Shown: positions 12,586 through 26,012, counted from the first letter of the stretch. The stretch is DNA of 64,000 bases from Paraspadella gotoi (GCA_051294375.1 CM119263.1:4518577-4582576); one strand, 5' to 3'. Notes: generated from the sequence alone by a model not told the origin. Program-made: numbers and translations.

Positions 12586-15380
12586 CTCTCTCTCATCTTC
12601 TCTCTCTTCTCTCTTCTCTCCCTACTCTCTCTCTCTCTCTTTCTTTGTCTTTTTTTTATCTCTTTATTTTCGAGATCATTTGAATTCAAAAAATCATTAT
12701 CTATAATCATCTTACGCGAAGTAAATATTTTGCCGGGATAAAAGTTTGCTTCTTTTTCCTATGCTATAGTCTTTCTCATCTTTTTCATTTCGCTATTCTT
12801 TCCTCCCTTTTCCTCTTCGTTGTTCTTTTCTCTTTCCTGCTCCTTTTATTGTTCCTTTTCTCCATTTTCCTCTTTCGTTGTTCTTTTTCTTTCATTCCTT
12901 TTTCTCCTCCTTTGTATATCGCTGGATCGGAATGGCCCTTTGAACGAATTCCGTGGCTCTCGATCCCCGCGCTCCTGTCTCTTCTTGCTCCCTCATACCC
13001 TTACTTACCCCTGAACTTATCCGCCTCCCTTTATCCCCCATTACGTTCTTCTCCTTCCCGTCCAGTATCCGAGTTCTCTCCCCGCTGCCCGGTCAGAAGA
13101 GTTACGATCGGCTGCGAAATAAACCCCCGATGAATCTGCCCCCGCAGTATTCTCGATCTGCTCATCTACGATGCTCTTGTCTGCATGACGCAGTGCACTG
13201 CCCAGCAACTGTATCCACTCAGATAGACTGGCCTCACGTGAGCGCGTCGGAGCTCTCAGCCCCTCTCTCTCTCATTNNNNNNNNNNNNNNNNNNNNNNNN
13301 NCTTAAACGTTTCTCCTTCCGATATCCGAGTTCTCCCCCCGTGCGGAAAGAGTTACATCCGGCTGCGAAAAAAACCCCGGATGAAATTAACGTTGAGAAT
13401 TGAAGATGCGAGAGGAAAAGAGGAAATGTAAATAAACAAAAGACGCCGCAGGTTGAGTGTCTTTGTCCCTCCTTTCTCTATCTCGTTTGGGGGCCAAAGA
13501 CTTTAATGATTCTCTCGTCTTTAATTATGATTATATTTAACTTTTGTTTGCGTTTTTCTTCTTCTTTTCGTTTCTCGTCGCTAGAGGGACGCGACAGCGT
13601 CGGGCTTCGGCCTTGAGACGGCCGGAAATTGCCGGATCTCTCTCTCTCTTTCTCTCTTCTCCTTTTCTCTCACTTCTCTCATCCTTATTCTCTTTTCTTT
13701 CTCTTTCTCCAAACTTACAAAATAAATCTCTCTCTCTCTCGGGATCTCGCTACTCTCCTTCAGTGAGTAGAGTGCTAGATTTGAGCACGTTCGTCACAGT
13801 GTGCGCGGTTCCGTGACTCGTGGTTGTAAGCATGGTCGCGGTGTATGAGCTAGTACGGGAGATTGCGGAGTGATTCTCTTCGAGAGTGCTTTCCATCGAT
13901 GTCGAGAGAGTGTTGTGAGAGGTTACGCAGCAGTAGAGATATAGCGGATATAGTGTGGCTAGAGGATTGATTGATGTAGAATCGCGGTAATTACACGTAA
14001 TTGATGCGTAAGTCTGCTCGGTCTCTCTCGTCGGTCTCTCTCTTCTCTCTCTCTTTCTTTCTTTAGTGAGGCTAATATCGAGGGAGAGCGAAGTTAGTGG
14101 GGGTGGTTGCTGGCGGGTCCGACCCCGGGGTCGCGTTTGATGAGACGCATTTCGGAAAGCGGGAGATGCATCCAGACGCCAGCAGATATAAACAGATGGC
14201 CCGAGATTCAAACAGATGTTTAGGAGGAATCGAAGCAGATGTCCGTCGAGGAAGCGTCCAGATGTTGAAAAAGGTTCTCCAGGTGCGATACAGGTGTAGA
14301 GGGCGGTTTTGAAGGTTAGGCAAGTGCAACGTATGTCGAGCAGGTGCGAGATTTACGATAAGACTTCACGTGAGTCAAGCGTTTGTTTTGGTTTCACTTT
14401 GGGGAGAACTCGTAGATGTTGTGAATTCGCATGAACTCTGTCCAAGTTTCAACAAAATCGGCTTTGCTTTCGTCGTCGTCGTCTTCGTCGTTAACATCGT
14501 CATCGTCGTTATTGTCGTCATCGTCGTCGTCATCATTTAATGTTTCGTCGTTTTCGTCTTAATTATCCTCGTCGTCAAATCTTCCTTCTCGCAAAAGCTT
14601 TTTGCGCTTAATTACGAATTAATGCGAAAACATTTTCGATAAAACTTGTCAACAGAAATCATCGTTAAAAAGAAGTTACCTTTTGAAGGTAATAAAGAAG
14701 AGAAACTCGGCTGTTGTTGTTGTTGTTGTCGTTGCCAGGACAGAAACGAAATGAAAAATAAAATGTAATTATTTTGAATAAAAGTTAGGGCAATCTTGTG
14801 ATTGGTTGGTTTGATCCGGACTAAAAATAAAACGTTTTCGTTATTAAAAGAAACCTGCCTTCCTAATTTCGAATAATAAAACTTTCTTACTTATAACTAT
14901 GAATTTATTCGCTTAAAAAAAATTAATAAACCAAAATTGTTATATTTCAGTTGACAGGTTAAGGGTAAAAAATGAAAGACAATCACTTTGTCACACAATC
15001 ACGAACGCGGGACTTATCGGGTCACGTCAACTGCAAATCGTCAAAAGAGATGACGACGAACGAAAAAAAGAAAATTTCGAGAGAAGAATAACTTAGCGAC
15101 AGATGTTCATTCGATTGATGACGACGACGACAACGACGATGACGACGACGACGACGATATGTATAACAACGACGACAACGGAGACCAAGATGAAGACAAA
15201 AAAATAGAGAAGAATAGGAAAGAAAATAAAAGAAAAGAAAAGAAAAGGGAGAGATTTAAATCAAAAAGGGCACAAACTGATAAGCTAATTAACGGGGATT
15301 GAGAAAATGAAAAACGAAAAACGTGGAAGAAAGAGAAAGAGAGAGAAAGAGAGAGAAAGAGAAAAGAGAGAGGGAGAGAG

Positions 15381-15442
<62 letters not shown>

Positions 15443-15660
15443 ATTGATTGATTTAATTGCTCATAATAATTAATAAAACACATTACCAATCACAGGATCG
15501 TAAGAGAGCCGTACATGGATATTATGTACATACAAGTATGTAAAAAATATAAACAACAATTAAAAAATCATTAAATAAATAAACGAGGAAATGTAATTAA
15601 AAAGCAAAATTCTATATACAGATCATCTTTAATTTATGATGGAACCTTTCATTTTTTTAC

Positions 15661-15692
<32 letters not shown>

Positions 15693-16034
15693 CGAGAAGA
15701 CATAACCTGGATATCGTACGTGCGCTCAAGAATCGAATATTCGTTTGTAAGACTTTGCGAGCACAAAGGACTTTGTCTTTTGCCAAAAAAAAAAGGTTTT
15801 CTTTTTTTCTCCCCCGAACCACCCCGTCAACAACCCCACCTATCGCAAAAACAACCCCAACAACCACTACCGCACTATCCCACCTTGGCTTCTAAGACCA
15901 CTTCCCCCTTTCTCCCAGGCCACCTTTTAATCCTCTCTCTCTCTCTCTTCTCTCTCTCATATCTCTCTCCTCTCTCTCTCTCTCATTCTCTTCTCTCTCT
16001 CTCTCTCTTCTCTCCTATTTACTCTCTCTCTCTC

Positions 16035-16071
<37 letters not shown>

Positions 16072-16368
16072 CTCTCTCTCGGCAAATACGAAGCCATTTT
16101 CCAGAGACTAAAAAACTAATCAAGAAATAAAAAGGGGGAAACATCTCGGGCGAGATAAGCGGATGCCGTTCCAAAAGTCAACGGAGCAACTCTTTTCAGG
16201 CACCATAACCGTTGGGGAAAGGATGATGATGATAATGATGATGATGATGACGATGATGATGATGATGATGATGATGATGACGATGATGATTTTGATGATA
16301 ATAATGATGATTATGATGATAATAATGATTATGATGATGATGATATCGACCAAGAGGAAAATCTCTAT

Positions 16369-16461
<93 letters not shown>

Positions 16462-17170
16462 CATCCCACTCTTTTTCCGCATAATCCATAAAATATTATT
16501 TCTATACAAATTACAGTTCCAGTTGTCTATGGGAAAATCTCACTCTACCAGTTGACATATTGACATGTTGACATGTTGACATGTTGACTGTTTCTACATT
16601 TACTTAAATAATACCTAAATCTTTTATCAAAACCGTAATCTCTAAACGTATCACTTCAAATCTCCACGACAAAGATTTTTTTCGAATTTCATTTTTTTCC
16701 ATCTGACATCGAGCCACGCCCACCCACCATCTCCACCTCCCCCTTCCACCCTCCACTCCTACGCCCCTCTCTCCTCCCCCCCATTTTTTCCATCTCAGTT
16801 GAAAAATTTTTCATTCGGTGAACGGAATTTGAGTCTTTGAAAAATTTCACTTAAGACGGAGAAGCGAGATTGAAATCTTTTGGCGTCTCGGTTGCCAATG
16901 GCGACGACGAAGACGACGACGCCCGGCTTTTCCCTTTTGTTTCACAAATTTTCTCGGCTTCGATTCAAATTCGAGTCAGAAACTTTTTTCCCGCGAATTC
17001 GATTCTCAGCCAAAAGAATCGGATCGACGACATGTCGGCCGCCGCAGCCGACGACGCGGCCGCAGCCGCTGCCACACCACGCGGCCGCTGACGCCGCTGT
17101 CTCATAATTTTCAGTTGCACGTAACATGTAACAATTTGGACGGCTTTATTCTCCCAGAGCGATCCAATTT

Positions 17171-17254
<84 letters not shown>

Positions 17255-17678
17255 CCATTCGAAAATTTGGATTTTAGATTTTAACTTCATTTAAATCCAT
17301 TCAGTCATGATTGGACGTAATATGAGTTTTTAAATACATAAACAAATAAATTAAACACTCTTTTGCACCCGCAAATACTTCCTCTAATCTCTTTAAATTA
17401 TTTCCATTTATCTAAAATCTATTATCCATAAAAAAAAGAACAAGATTTTTCTTTTTCACAAGAAAAAAAAGTCTTCAACTTCTTAATCGGTTCATCTCCT
17501 CCCAAATTTTCTCTTTCACGATTTGAGTGAATTTCCTTTCAATCGTTTCAAACTCGACGGCGGCGGCTCCTTTGATGTATGGTCGCCATCACAACTTCAA
17601 AGCTCAAAAGATTCCCTCACTTCACGAAGACTAATTTCGACTCCCAAAACTCTCATTTTGCTATAAAAGAGGAGGGCA

Positions 17679-17743
<65 letters not shown>

Positions 17744-18915
17744 TAGAAAGAGAGAAAAGAAAGAGAGAGAGACAAAGAAAGAGAGAGATAGAGACAGATC
17801 CATCTTCTTTTCCCCGGACTTTTTACGTCTCCCCCAAGATTCTCTCGCTCGCAATTTTGCTCTCTCGTTGTTGTGGGAATTTCTTTCGCCGCACTTACAG
17901 GGTTTTTATGGCGATTTACGTTTTCAACTTGGTTGTAAAGTTGAACATCCAACAGTTTAACAAATGTTTAAAACATTTTAAACGGGGAATTAAGAATAAA
18001 ACCAGTTAAGTCACTCAAATTTAGCAAATTGGCAAAGATGTTTGAATTCAATTCTTGCTCATTTTTGGGGCCAATCTTTATTGAGATAAATTGCGTCTGA
18101 AATCTTTCATGGAATTGAATGGATTTTGAAATTTTCGATCGTTGTCATTGCAATAACAATCTTGGTCAATTGGAATAACGATATTGCTTACAAAGTCACT
18201 TATGCATAGGATTGTCTGTTTGCTACTGCTTGGCTGCTAAATTTTAGCTTTAAGCTACTCCTTAACCTTTTCAGGTTTTTATACGTATCTAATTTACCAA
18301 TTATAAGTTTTATTTTCTCTTTTCTTTTAATTATTTTTTTAAAATTTTATTTGGCTTCTTCTTTCTCTTCTTTTCATTTTTCTCTCTGTTACAAAATACT
18401 TTCCTCTCAAATTTTGGTCTAAAAACGACGTGAAAAGGAGAGAGATAAAAAAAATATAAAAACCTCGAACGTTGCATCAGAGATGAGGAGAGAGGAGAAG
18501 AGAGAGATGCGAGAGAGAGAGAAAGAACGAGAGAGAGAGAAGTGTGTGTGTTAAGAGCAAAAAGGCGGGAGACAACGCCCCAGACATCATTTCTCGACGT
18601 TCGTCTTTCCTCATGATCTATGGCTCAATTCTTTTTTTTACTTCGGGACGAAAACCTCTTTTCATTTGACGCCAAATTGTGACTTAAATGGACCGCCTAT
18701 TTTTTTTTCCTTCTTTCCCCTTCCTCTCTTTTTCTTTTTTTCCCCTTTCATTCTTACCTTTATTTTCTGCTCGTCTTTCTTTTTATTCCTCTTTTTTCTT
18801 TCCTTTCTTTTCAAACTTCGCTTTTTCTATTTTTTTTCTTTTCCCTCCTGCCTTTATTTTTTTATTTTTTTTCTTCCCGCCTTCCCCCATCATTTTTTTT
18901 CTCCTTCCCTCATCT

Positions 18916-18948
<33 letters not shown>

Positions 18949-19991
18949 TTCATCGTCGTCGTCGTCGTCGTCGTCGTCATCATTATCATCATGTAGTTAT
19001 TTTTATTTTATTTACTTACATATTTTTCCCTTTTTTTCTCTTATCTTTCTTCGCCTTTTTTCCCCGCTAATCTCTCTCTCTTCCATTATGCATTTTTCTC
19101 ATTATTTTTAAAATTCTCTTTGTTTTCCTAATTTTTCTTTCCTGTTTTGGTTTTTCTTTCAAACGCTCACCTTAATTTTCTAACTTTTTTCGAGTCTTTA
19201 CTTTTTATTTTGCTTCAGTGTCGGAGAAACTATTACTTTCAAATGATTTAAAGTTTATGAAAACTCATTGTTGCGATTTTCCTACATAAAATATTTAAGG
19301 AAAACAAAACAAAACAAAATTGTATATTTACCTTACTTATCTTTTTCTTTCTTTTTTTTTCTTTTCTCTTTCAAGTTTCCTCTTTATCCTCTTTGCTTAT
19401 CTGAACCAACCTTCTGGGTCGAAGGAAGAAGCGAGAGAACAATTCGATAATGCGCCTTGTTAAAATGGAATGAGGAGGAGGAGGAGGAGATAGAGGTGGA
19501 GGAGGAAGAGGAGGAAGAGGAAGGAAAATAGTAAAAGGAGATTCAAAGAAAAGCGAAAGTTTATTAAATGAAAAGAAAACCAAAAAAACATGACGATGAC
19601 GAAACAAGAAAGTAACTAAAACACCAAAGAATACAACAACAAAAAATTAATAAAATACAAAAAGAGTTTAATTCAATTTTTTTTTGTCAAGTTTTCCTTT
19701 TGTTTTCGATTTCACGCTGCGATAGATGGCGCTCATTATTTTCGGAGAGAGAGAGAATTAATAAAGGAATTATTAATTAATCCGGAGCACAGCAAAATGA
19801 GCAGCGAAGTAAAAAAAATAGGAATTTTTGTTTTACTCATAATAGAGGTAGAGAGAGAGAGAGAGAGAGAGAGACGAGGAGACTGANNNNNNNNNNNNNN
19901 NNNNNNNNNNNNNNNNNNNNNNNNNNNNNNTTCATAAATAGAAAAGTTAAAAAAAAAACCAACTCAAACCATTTCTCTTTTCTTCTTTCAG

Positions 19992-20072
19992 GTCCCGGTG
20001 ATTCTGCTTTGAATTCTCAGTTCGAAATGGACAACTCATACCCGATCGAAATTGGACGACATCTCTCCACAG
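19992..20072 (+). CDS. Candidate 81-nt phase1/phase1 exon (xPGDSALNSQFEMDNSYPIEIGRHLST), possibly an upstream linker exon of the Ig receptor gene
   Basis: Strong TTTCTCTTTTCTTCTTTCAG acceptor, AG|GTTGGT donor and an open frame. Assignment to the receptor gene is inference only. Confidence 0.45.
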
Positions 20073-21172
20073 GTTGGTAGAGTGATTGATAAAGATAAGA
20101 GTAATGATTGCTAAAGATTTGATGAAGTGGTTGATTGCAATTTAGTGGATTGATCAATAGATATTTAAAGGACTGATTGGTCGAGATTTGTGAAGGATTT
20201 AAATTTAGAGAATTGTTAGTTTTTTTAATAAACAATTTTCAAAATGTATTATTTAATTCAATTATTTTCTTTTCTATTGAAATTTTCTATTTTATTTTCA
20301 AAATTTTTAAATATTTGTAATAAGCCTGATCTAAAATTCTTTTCATAAACTCCTTTTTTTTAATTTTATACATGTATTGTAAGTTAAAAAGTTACCACAT
20401 GACCAAAATAACATCAAAAACTTTAAATTATAAACTTCAACAAACACTTGTTAAAGAGCTTTTACAACATTTTTTATCTGAATTGAGTCCCTGACTTTTT
20501 TTTTTGAAGGCTCAGATATCTGAATTTAAAGTTTTTTCCATTTTTTTGACCATTTATTCTAATTGGTTAAATTTTAATTTTATATATCTGGTATCTCATT
20601 GGTTGATAATAACTAGTGATGTTTTGATTTGTATTCTTGAAATGTGAACTCTTTGCTCTTGTTGATAATACAATTGTTTTGTGATTCTAATGTAACCTCC
20701 TCATTGTTGAAAATAGTGATGTTCTGATTTGTATTCCTTGAAATGTGAACCTTCTCGTCATTGGTTGTTATAATTTTGTCCCTGTATATAAAAGGTCAGT
20801 AAATGCTTAATTTTTGGAAGATTCCTCTGAGACCATCAGGTATTAAATGATATTTATGAAATTATTTGAATATGTTAATTAATTTTAAGTTTTTATGTAG
20901 TTTTGAGCTACTTCCGCGTCTCGGCTCTGCTGCTGCGTCTCTGCTCTACTGCTCTAATGTTCTCATCTGAATCTTAAATAAACCCAAAGAAATCTCTTCA
21001 AACTTGTAATATAACATAAAATTTTGAGATATATCATCCAAGCTGAATAAATTATAAACGAAGAAATAACAGTAAAATTACAATGAATAGATTGCATCAA
21101 TTATAGTTCATAAATTTAAAACTTCAGTTTTCTGGTTCAATTTTCGAAACGCTCAAAGAGTTCGTTGCGGCA

Positions 21173-21695
21173 CTAAAATCTTGTGGCTCTCCCGCTACGG
21201 CGCCAGTGCTGCCGCCGCCGACCGACCTCTTCCTCCAACTCCTTGCAAGAGTGGAGAATCTCAATCGTCAGCCGCAGCTGCCTGTNNNNNNNNNNNNNNN
21301 NNNNNNNNNNNNNNNNNNNNNNNNNNNNNNNNNNNNNNNNNNNNNNNNNNNNNNNNNNNNNNNNNNNNNNNNNNNNNNNNNNNNNNNNNNNNNNNNNNNN
21401 NNNNNNNNNNNNNNNNNNNNNNNNNNNNNNNNNNNNNNNNNNNNNNNNNNNNNNNNNNNNNNNNNNNNNNNNNNNNNNNNNNNNNNNNNNNNNNNNNNNN
21501 NNNNNNNNNNNNNNNNNNNNNNNNNNNNNNNNNNNNNNNNNNNNNNNNNNNNNNNNGCGCCGGCGGAGGAAAAGTCGACGATAGCGAAGCCGCGATGGCG
21601 TTCGAAGCGAAGATCTTCGATGCGGCCGCCATCTTTTTCCATGAGTTTGCGAAAGGCGCCTTCGGGGATGTCGGTGGAAATGGGGCTGACGAAGA
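21173..21695 (-). CDS. RRM (RNA recognition motif) protein, 3' part, interrupted by gap 21286-21556
   Basis: After a long pyrimidine tract and ACAAAG acceptor the frame reads xFVSPISTDIPEGAFRKLMEKDGGRIEDLRFERHRGFAIVDFSSAG, with RNP2-like xFVSPI and RNP1 RGFAIVDF at canonical spacing. After the gap it reads RQLRLTIEILHSCKELEEEVGRRRQHWRRSGRATRF* (beta4-like LRLTIE; TAG at 21175-21173). Confidence 0.75.
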
Positions 21696-23259
21696 CTTTG
21701 TGCGGAAATAATGAAAAAAAGGAAGGGGGGGGGGAAGGGAAGAAACAATCATTAAATGTATAATTGTCTATTAAAACTTTTTGTTAATATCGCTAAATTT
21801 TTGTTCGGAATAATGTATATACAATTTTAAAGTTTTAATAATTCAGTTTGTTTTTGATTTTAACTCTTTCACGAGCGAAGTGAATTCAAAGTGATGTGAT
21901 GTTTTCACGCTGTGAACAAATGTGAAAATGTGAAGTGGAAGCGAAGGAGTTAAGGAAAAAGGAAGAGAGGGAAAAGTGAATCGATGGCGAACAAGCCAAG
22001 TTTCTCTTTGTCAAACTTTATCAAATTTGCTTTATATTCGTATTTTTAAAAAAACCTGGTTGTCTTTTAACGTTTTCAATAAATCAAGAAAAATTATCCC
22101 TCCGTCCATATTTCTGTCAATTTTATTGAGTCAGTTGCTTTTGACTGATTTGTGAATGTGCATCCTACAAGAAATTAATAACATACCTGGCACGCAACGT
22201 ATACGACTTACTATCTAGGAAAAAAGTATGACATTCAATTAATCAATAAAAAGTATATAAAACATTTTCAATATTTAATATTTTTTTTATATTAATTTTT
22301 ATTTAACTTTGTTTAGATATATTTTTATATAACAAATTAAAGTATGATAGTGACAGCCTCCATATTGATGCTGTATATCTTTCCTTTTTTTCTAAAAATT
22401 ATAATATTTTTTTGAATAAAAAAAAGTACAAAACTTTTATTTATTGCATCGAAGATGGCATCGGAATCAAAGAGAAAATATTGGAACTCGAGATCAGAAC
22501 ACAAGACCGGATCGGCGACTTCGGATGGAAATACACCGAGTACTTCTCTGTAATTGGATGAATCACCACCGAAATCAACCAATAAGAAGATGGGCTTTTA
22601 TGCCATCGGAGAGAAAGCCCGCATGTCGTTGATTCCGTTTACTCTGTAATAAATGACCGAGCATTTTCTCTGTATTGTGTTAAACTGTTTCACGCCGTTC
22701 TTTGCTTGTGACTTTTGTCCACGAGAATAAAATCACCTTTTGGTTTCCATGTTAAAATCTCTGTCTACTTATATGTCGGTGGCCAGTGGTGTGGGAATTC
22801 GAACCCCGCCCCTCCGTCTACTTACAAATTATTGACAAATTTAATAAAAAAAAAAATGAAATTCTTTTAAAAATAAAACAAATAATTAAATATTAAAAAA
22901 TAGCCCTGATTGAAAGCTCGAATTTTATGACGCGAAACATGTCTGCTATGATACAAATAAAGATCTTGGTATAATTAAATCAAGAAATGTTTTTATCAAA
23001 AAAAAAAAAATTAAATAGTATTTTTTTATTAACCAGCTTAAGCATTAATTTTTTTTGCCTGTAACTGTTTTAAACCAATTTGACCTATAAAAAAATAAAA
23101 AGCTACTAAAGAAAATTTAATATAGATTCAGAAAACATTTTTAATGTTTTTTTTAAATTAAATAAGTTTTATGTAGATATCTTATCAACATAAATGTCAT
23201 ATACTTTTTTCCCAGATAGCTACTTACCATTTCCCTGTTCCTCCCACCGCGTTCGCCAG

Positions 23260-23467
23260 TAATCGAGGCCTCATTTCCCGTCGACAAGGCCGAAGCGACT
23301 TCTCTACAACAAAAAAATGATGGGTTACGAAGTTACGCCCTCAAATGACGAGGACGAAGGGGCGAGCCGCATCCCCCCCGCCCAGGTAGTTAGGAGAAAA
23401 ATGGTGGGTAAGGAGCTGGGAATCAAATGCAGAGCAGCCGTCCGCTCGAGTTACATAATGTTGGAAG
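23260..23467 (+). CDS. Candidate exon for the acidic linker and first half of Ig2 of the receptor (...MMGYEVTPSNDEDEGASRIPPAQVVRRKMVGKELGIKCRAAVRSSYIMLE); needs a 1-nt correction
   Basis: VGKELGIKCRA resembles FGFRL1 VGSSVRLKCVA. Pyrimidine tract plus CAG at 23257-23259 and a G|GTACGT donor. As assembled, the frame breaks (TAA at 23260, or A7 run at 23311-23317), and the typical GxPxP motif is absent. Confidence 0.35.
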
Positions 23468-24633
23468 GTACGTTTTGGGCGACTAAAAGGATGAGGCATA
23501 AAATATGTACGGTTCAGACTTAAGTCGTGCTTTACATCATTTTCGGCCTGACGTTTTACTTTTTTAAATCGTATGTTTAAATATTGAACAAAGATCTGTG
23601 TAATTGAGCCTAAGTTCGAAGAGCGTGGCTTTGCTCTAACCTTTCTTGAGCTAGTCTCGGAGTTCGCGAGGTCAGGCAGATTCGAAAGGTAATGGCGGCA
23701 GTAAGAGAACGCATGGCGCCCAGGGCATGACGCTCATGAGATGAAGGACGACAAAAGTCTTCCGGCAATATGACCGACGTCGACTGAGCAGGACCGACGA
23801 TTCGGGAGCCGTTGCCGAAGCCCAGGACTTGACCGATCCTGCAAGTAGTCTTTAGTAAAGGTTTAGAAGTCTGGCAAAGGGATAGCAAAACATGTATCAT
23901 CACAAACCTCAGCACAAAATTATCAATAAGTTTAAAAAGATCTTTTCTTACTTGTTTCTTAAGGTACCCTCTTTCACGAACTAAAGGGTCCACCCACATC
24001 CCAGTGATCACAAAATCTAATAAAAATAAGAGAATTCCGAGATATCTAAACGAGTTTGAATTGCAATCTTAAGAAAGCATAAAAAACTCAGGGAAAGACG
24101 AACAAGATCTGATAGTTCCACGTCGACAATATCTTTATTAGAATCTATCGAAATTCCGTAGAACCAATCAGAATCCGCCATGCACTGCCTCGGAATACTC
24201 AAGTATACCTTAATACATAATCGTAACTTAAGATGTCGCTTTGATCGCTGAAAAGTTGGCAATTCCTTGTCAGTAAAAAAGAACAAAAGAGCATCGGGAA
24301 AAGTAGAGAAGTTTGGTTATCATCGAAACAATGAATTGTTATTTCGTAACAAAATTATTTTTACAATGTCGTAACGATGTATCACATAAGTTTGTGTGTT
24401 TGTCCGTCTGAAAAATAGTGTTTTGCGAAATACACTACATGAACAAAAAAATTGTAATGAATAAAAAGATCAGGCGTAAAAGATTAACTCGAGGCCTTTA
24501 ATTCAGAGACTGGATCTTGTTTTCTTTGTAAACTCAAAATATTCTCGCCCCCTCTATCTCTTTCCCCTCTTACCACACACCCCCAATCCACCTCCACCTA
24601 CACCACCTCCCGCCACCACCTCCCACCCAAAAG

Positions 24634-24802
24634 GTCACGTGGCTCAAGGACGGATTCGGCGTCTCCGCCTTGACAGGTGCCAAAGTGGAGTTGGGCGTTC
24701 TCTTCATCGAGAGATTGCAGATGCAGCATTTCGGCCAATACACCTGCGTGGCTAAGAATCTCTTCGGCTCCACTACGATGAATTTCACCGTGAAGATGCT
24801 GC
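24634..24802 (+). CDS. FGFRL1: Ig I-set domain, C-terminal half (VTWLKDGFGVSALTGAKVELGVLFIERLQMQHFGQYTCVAKNLFGSTTMNFTVKML) of an FGFRL1/FGFR-family receptor
   Basis: Canonical Ig motifs WxKDG, LxI, GxYTCxAxNxxG. C-rich tract with AAG acceptor and C|GTGAGT donor. The phase-1 end matches the next exon. Confidence 0.85.
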
Positions 24803-25208
24803 GTGAGTATAGGAGCAAGGGAGAAGGGGGGAGTAGGAGCAGGGAAGGGAAAGCTGGAGCGAAGGGACTAACCGGAGAGACCGTTGGAGGAGCGAAAGGG
24901 TTACCAAAAGTGGAGCGGAAGAGAAAGACATTACGAGAGCCACGGAGAATGGTCATGAGAAAAGTCACACGTTGCCGTAAAAGTCACGTGTTTAAAATTC
25001 AAACGAAGTACGGTATGGCTGCAGTGATAACACTGCCCTCGTAAATAGTAAACATAAAAACATTCAATTTTATTTTTCCGTCAATTAAACATTAACATTA
25101 ACTTTATCAATTTATAAAAACTATTTTACGTTCGATCGTTATATGGACTAATAATTTCTCTCATCTCATATTTTTTTCTTTTCACTCCACACTTTATTAT
25201 TAAATTGA

Positions 25209-25327
<119 letters not shown>

Positions 25328-25329
25328 AG

Positions 25330-25445
25330 AAAAACAAGGCATGCCTGAAGTGATGGCCGTTCATCCTCGAAACCTCACCGTCCGCTCTCGGCAGCAGGCG
25401 ACTTTCCAATGCAAAGTCAGGAGCGACGAACAGCCCGCCATCAAG
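25330..25445 (+). CDS. FGFRL1: Ig3 N-terminal half ([39 protein letters not shown]), FGFRL1/nou-darake-like
   Basis: [27 protein letters not shown] matches recalled vertebrate FGFRL1 Ig3 ([29 protein letters not shown]) better than FGFR1-4. CAG acceptor, AAG|GTAAGT donor and correct phase. A kinase-bearing FGFR is not excluded. Confidence 0.85.
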
Positions 25446-25766
25446 GTAAGTTTGAAAAGTCATCGCCCGACTAATTCCGAAAGATGCCATCAGCCACCAG
25501 CCGCCTTCGAGCCGAAAAATTTCGGAGCAGTTGTCTAGACTGAGGAGCTGAAAATTGTATTAAATGAACGAAAAATGTCGGGAACGAAAAATGTCGGGAA
25601 CTCAATTAATCGAGACGGCGATACAAAATTTTTCGTCGTCGTCGTCGTCGTCGTCGTTGTTATGATTACATTGACGTCTCGCTCACGCGTCAAGAAGCAA
25701 AAAGGAATTCTGATATTAAAGCTAATTGAAGATTAATATATAACTAAGCATAATTACTTATGAAAG

Positions 25767-25816
<50 letters not shown>

Positions 25817-25879
25817 AAGAAACAAGTACGAGAGAGAGAGAGAGAAGAGAGAAGAGGAGAGAGAAATAAAATGGCAGAG

Positions 25880-25911
<32 letters not shown>

Positions 25912-26012
25912 AGATGTGCGTCTAGATAATGCATCGAAAAAACATCTTCGTTTGCTCAACGGATGCCAAAACAGGCTGAACGCACTTGAACCCGGCAGAG
26001 GGTTAAAAAAAC

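Noticed and set aside
13050-13385. Short duplicated segment (TATCCGAGTTCTC...AGAGTTAC...CGGCTGCGAAA) on both sides of a gap
   Set aside because: Same 25-N gap signature; probably an assembly overlap.
22780-22815. tRNA B-box-like GGTTCGAATTCCC on the minus strand
   Set aside because: No cloverleaf or A-box can be built; at most a SINE fragment.
23260-23262. In-frame TAA read as stop-codon reassignment or readthrough
   Set aside because: The well-supported exons contain no internal stops; a splice-phase or homopolymer explanation is simpler.
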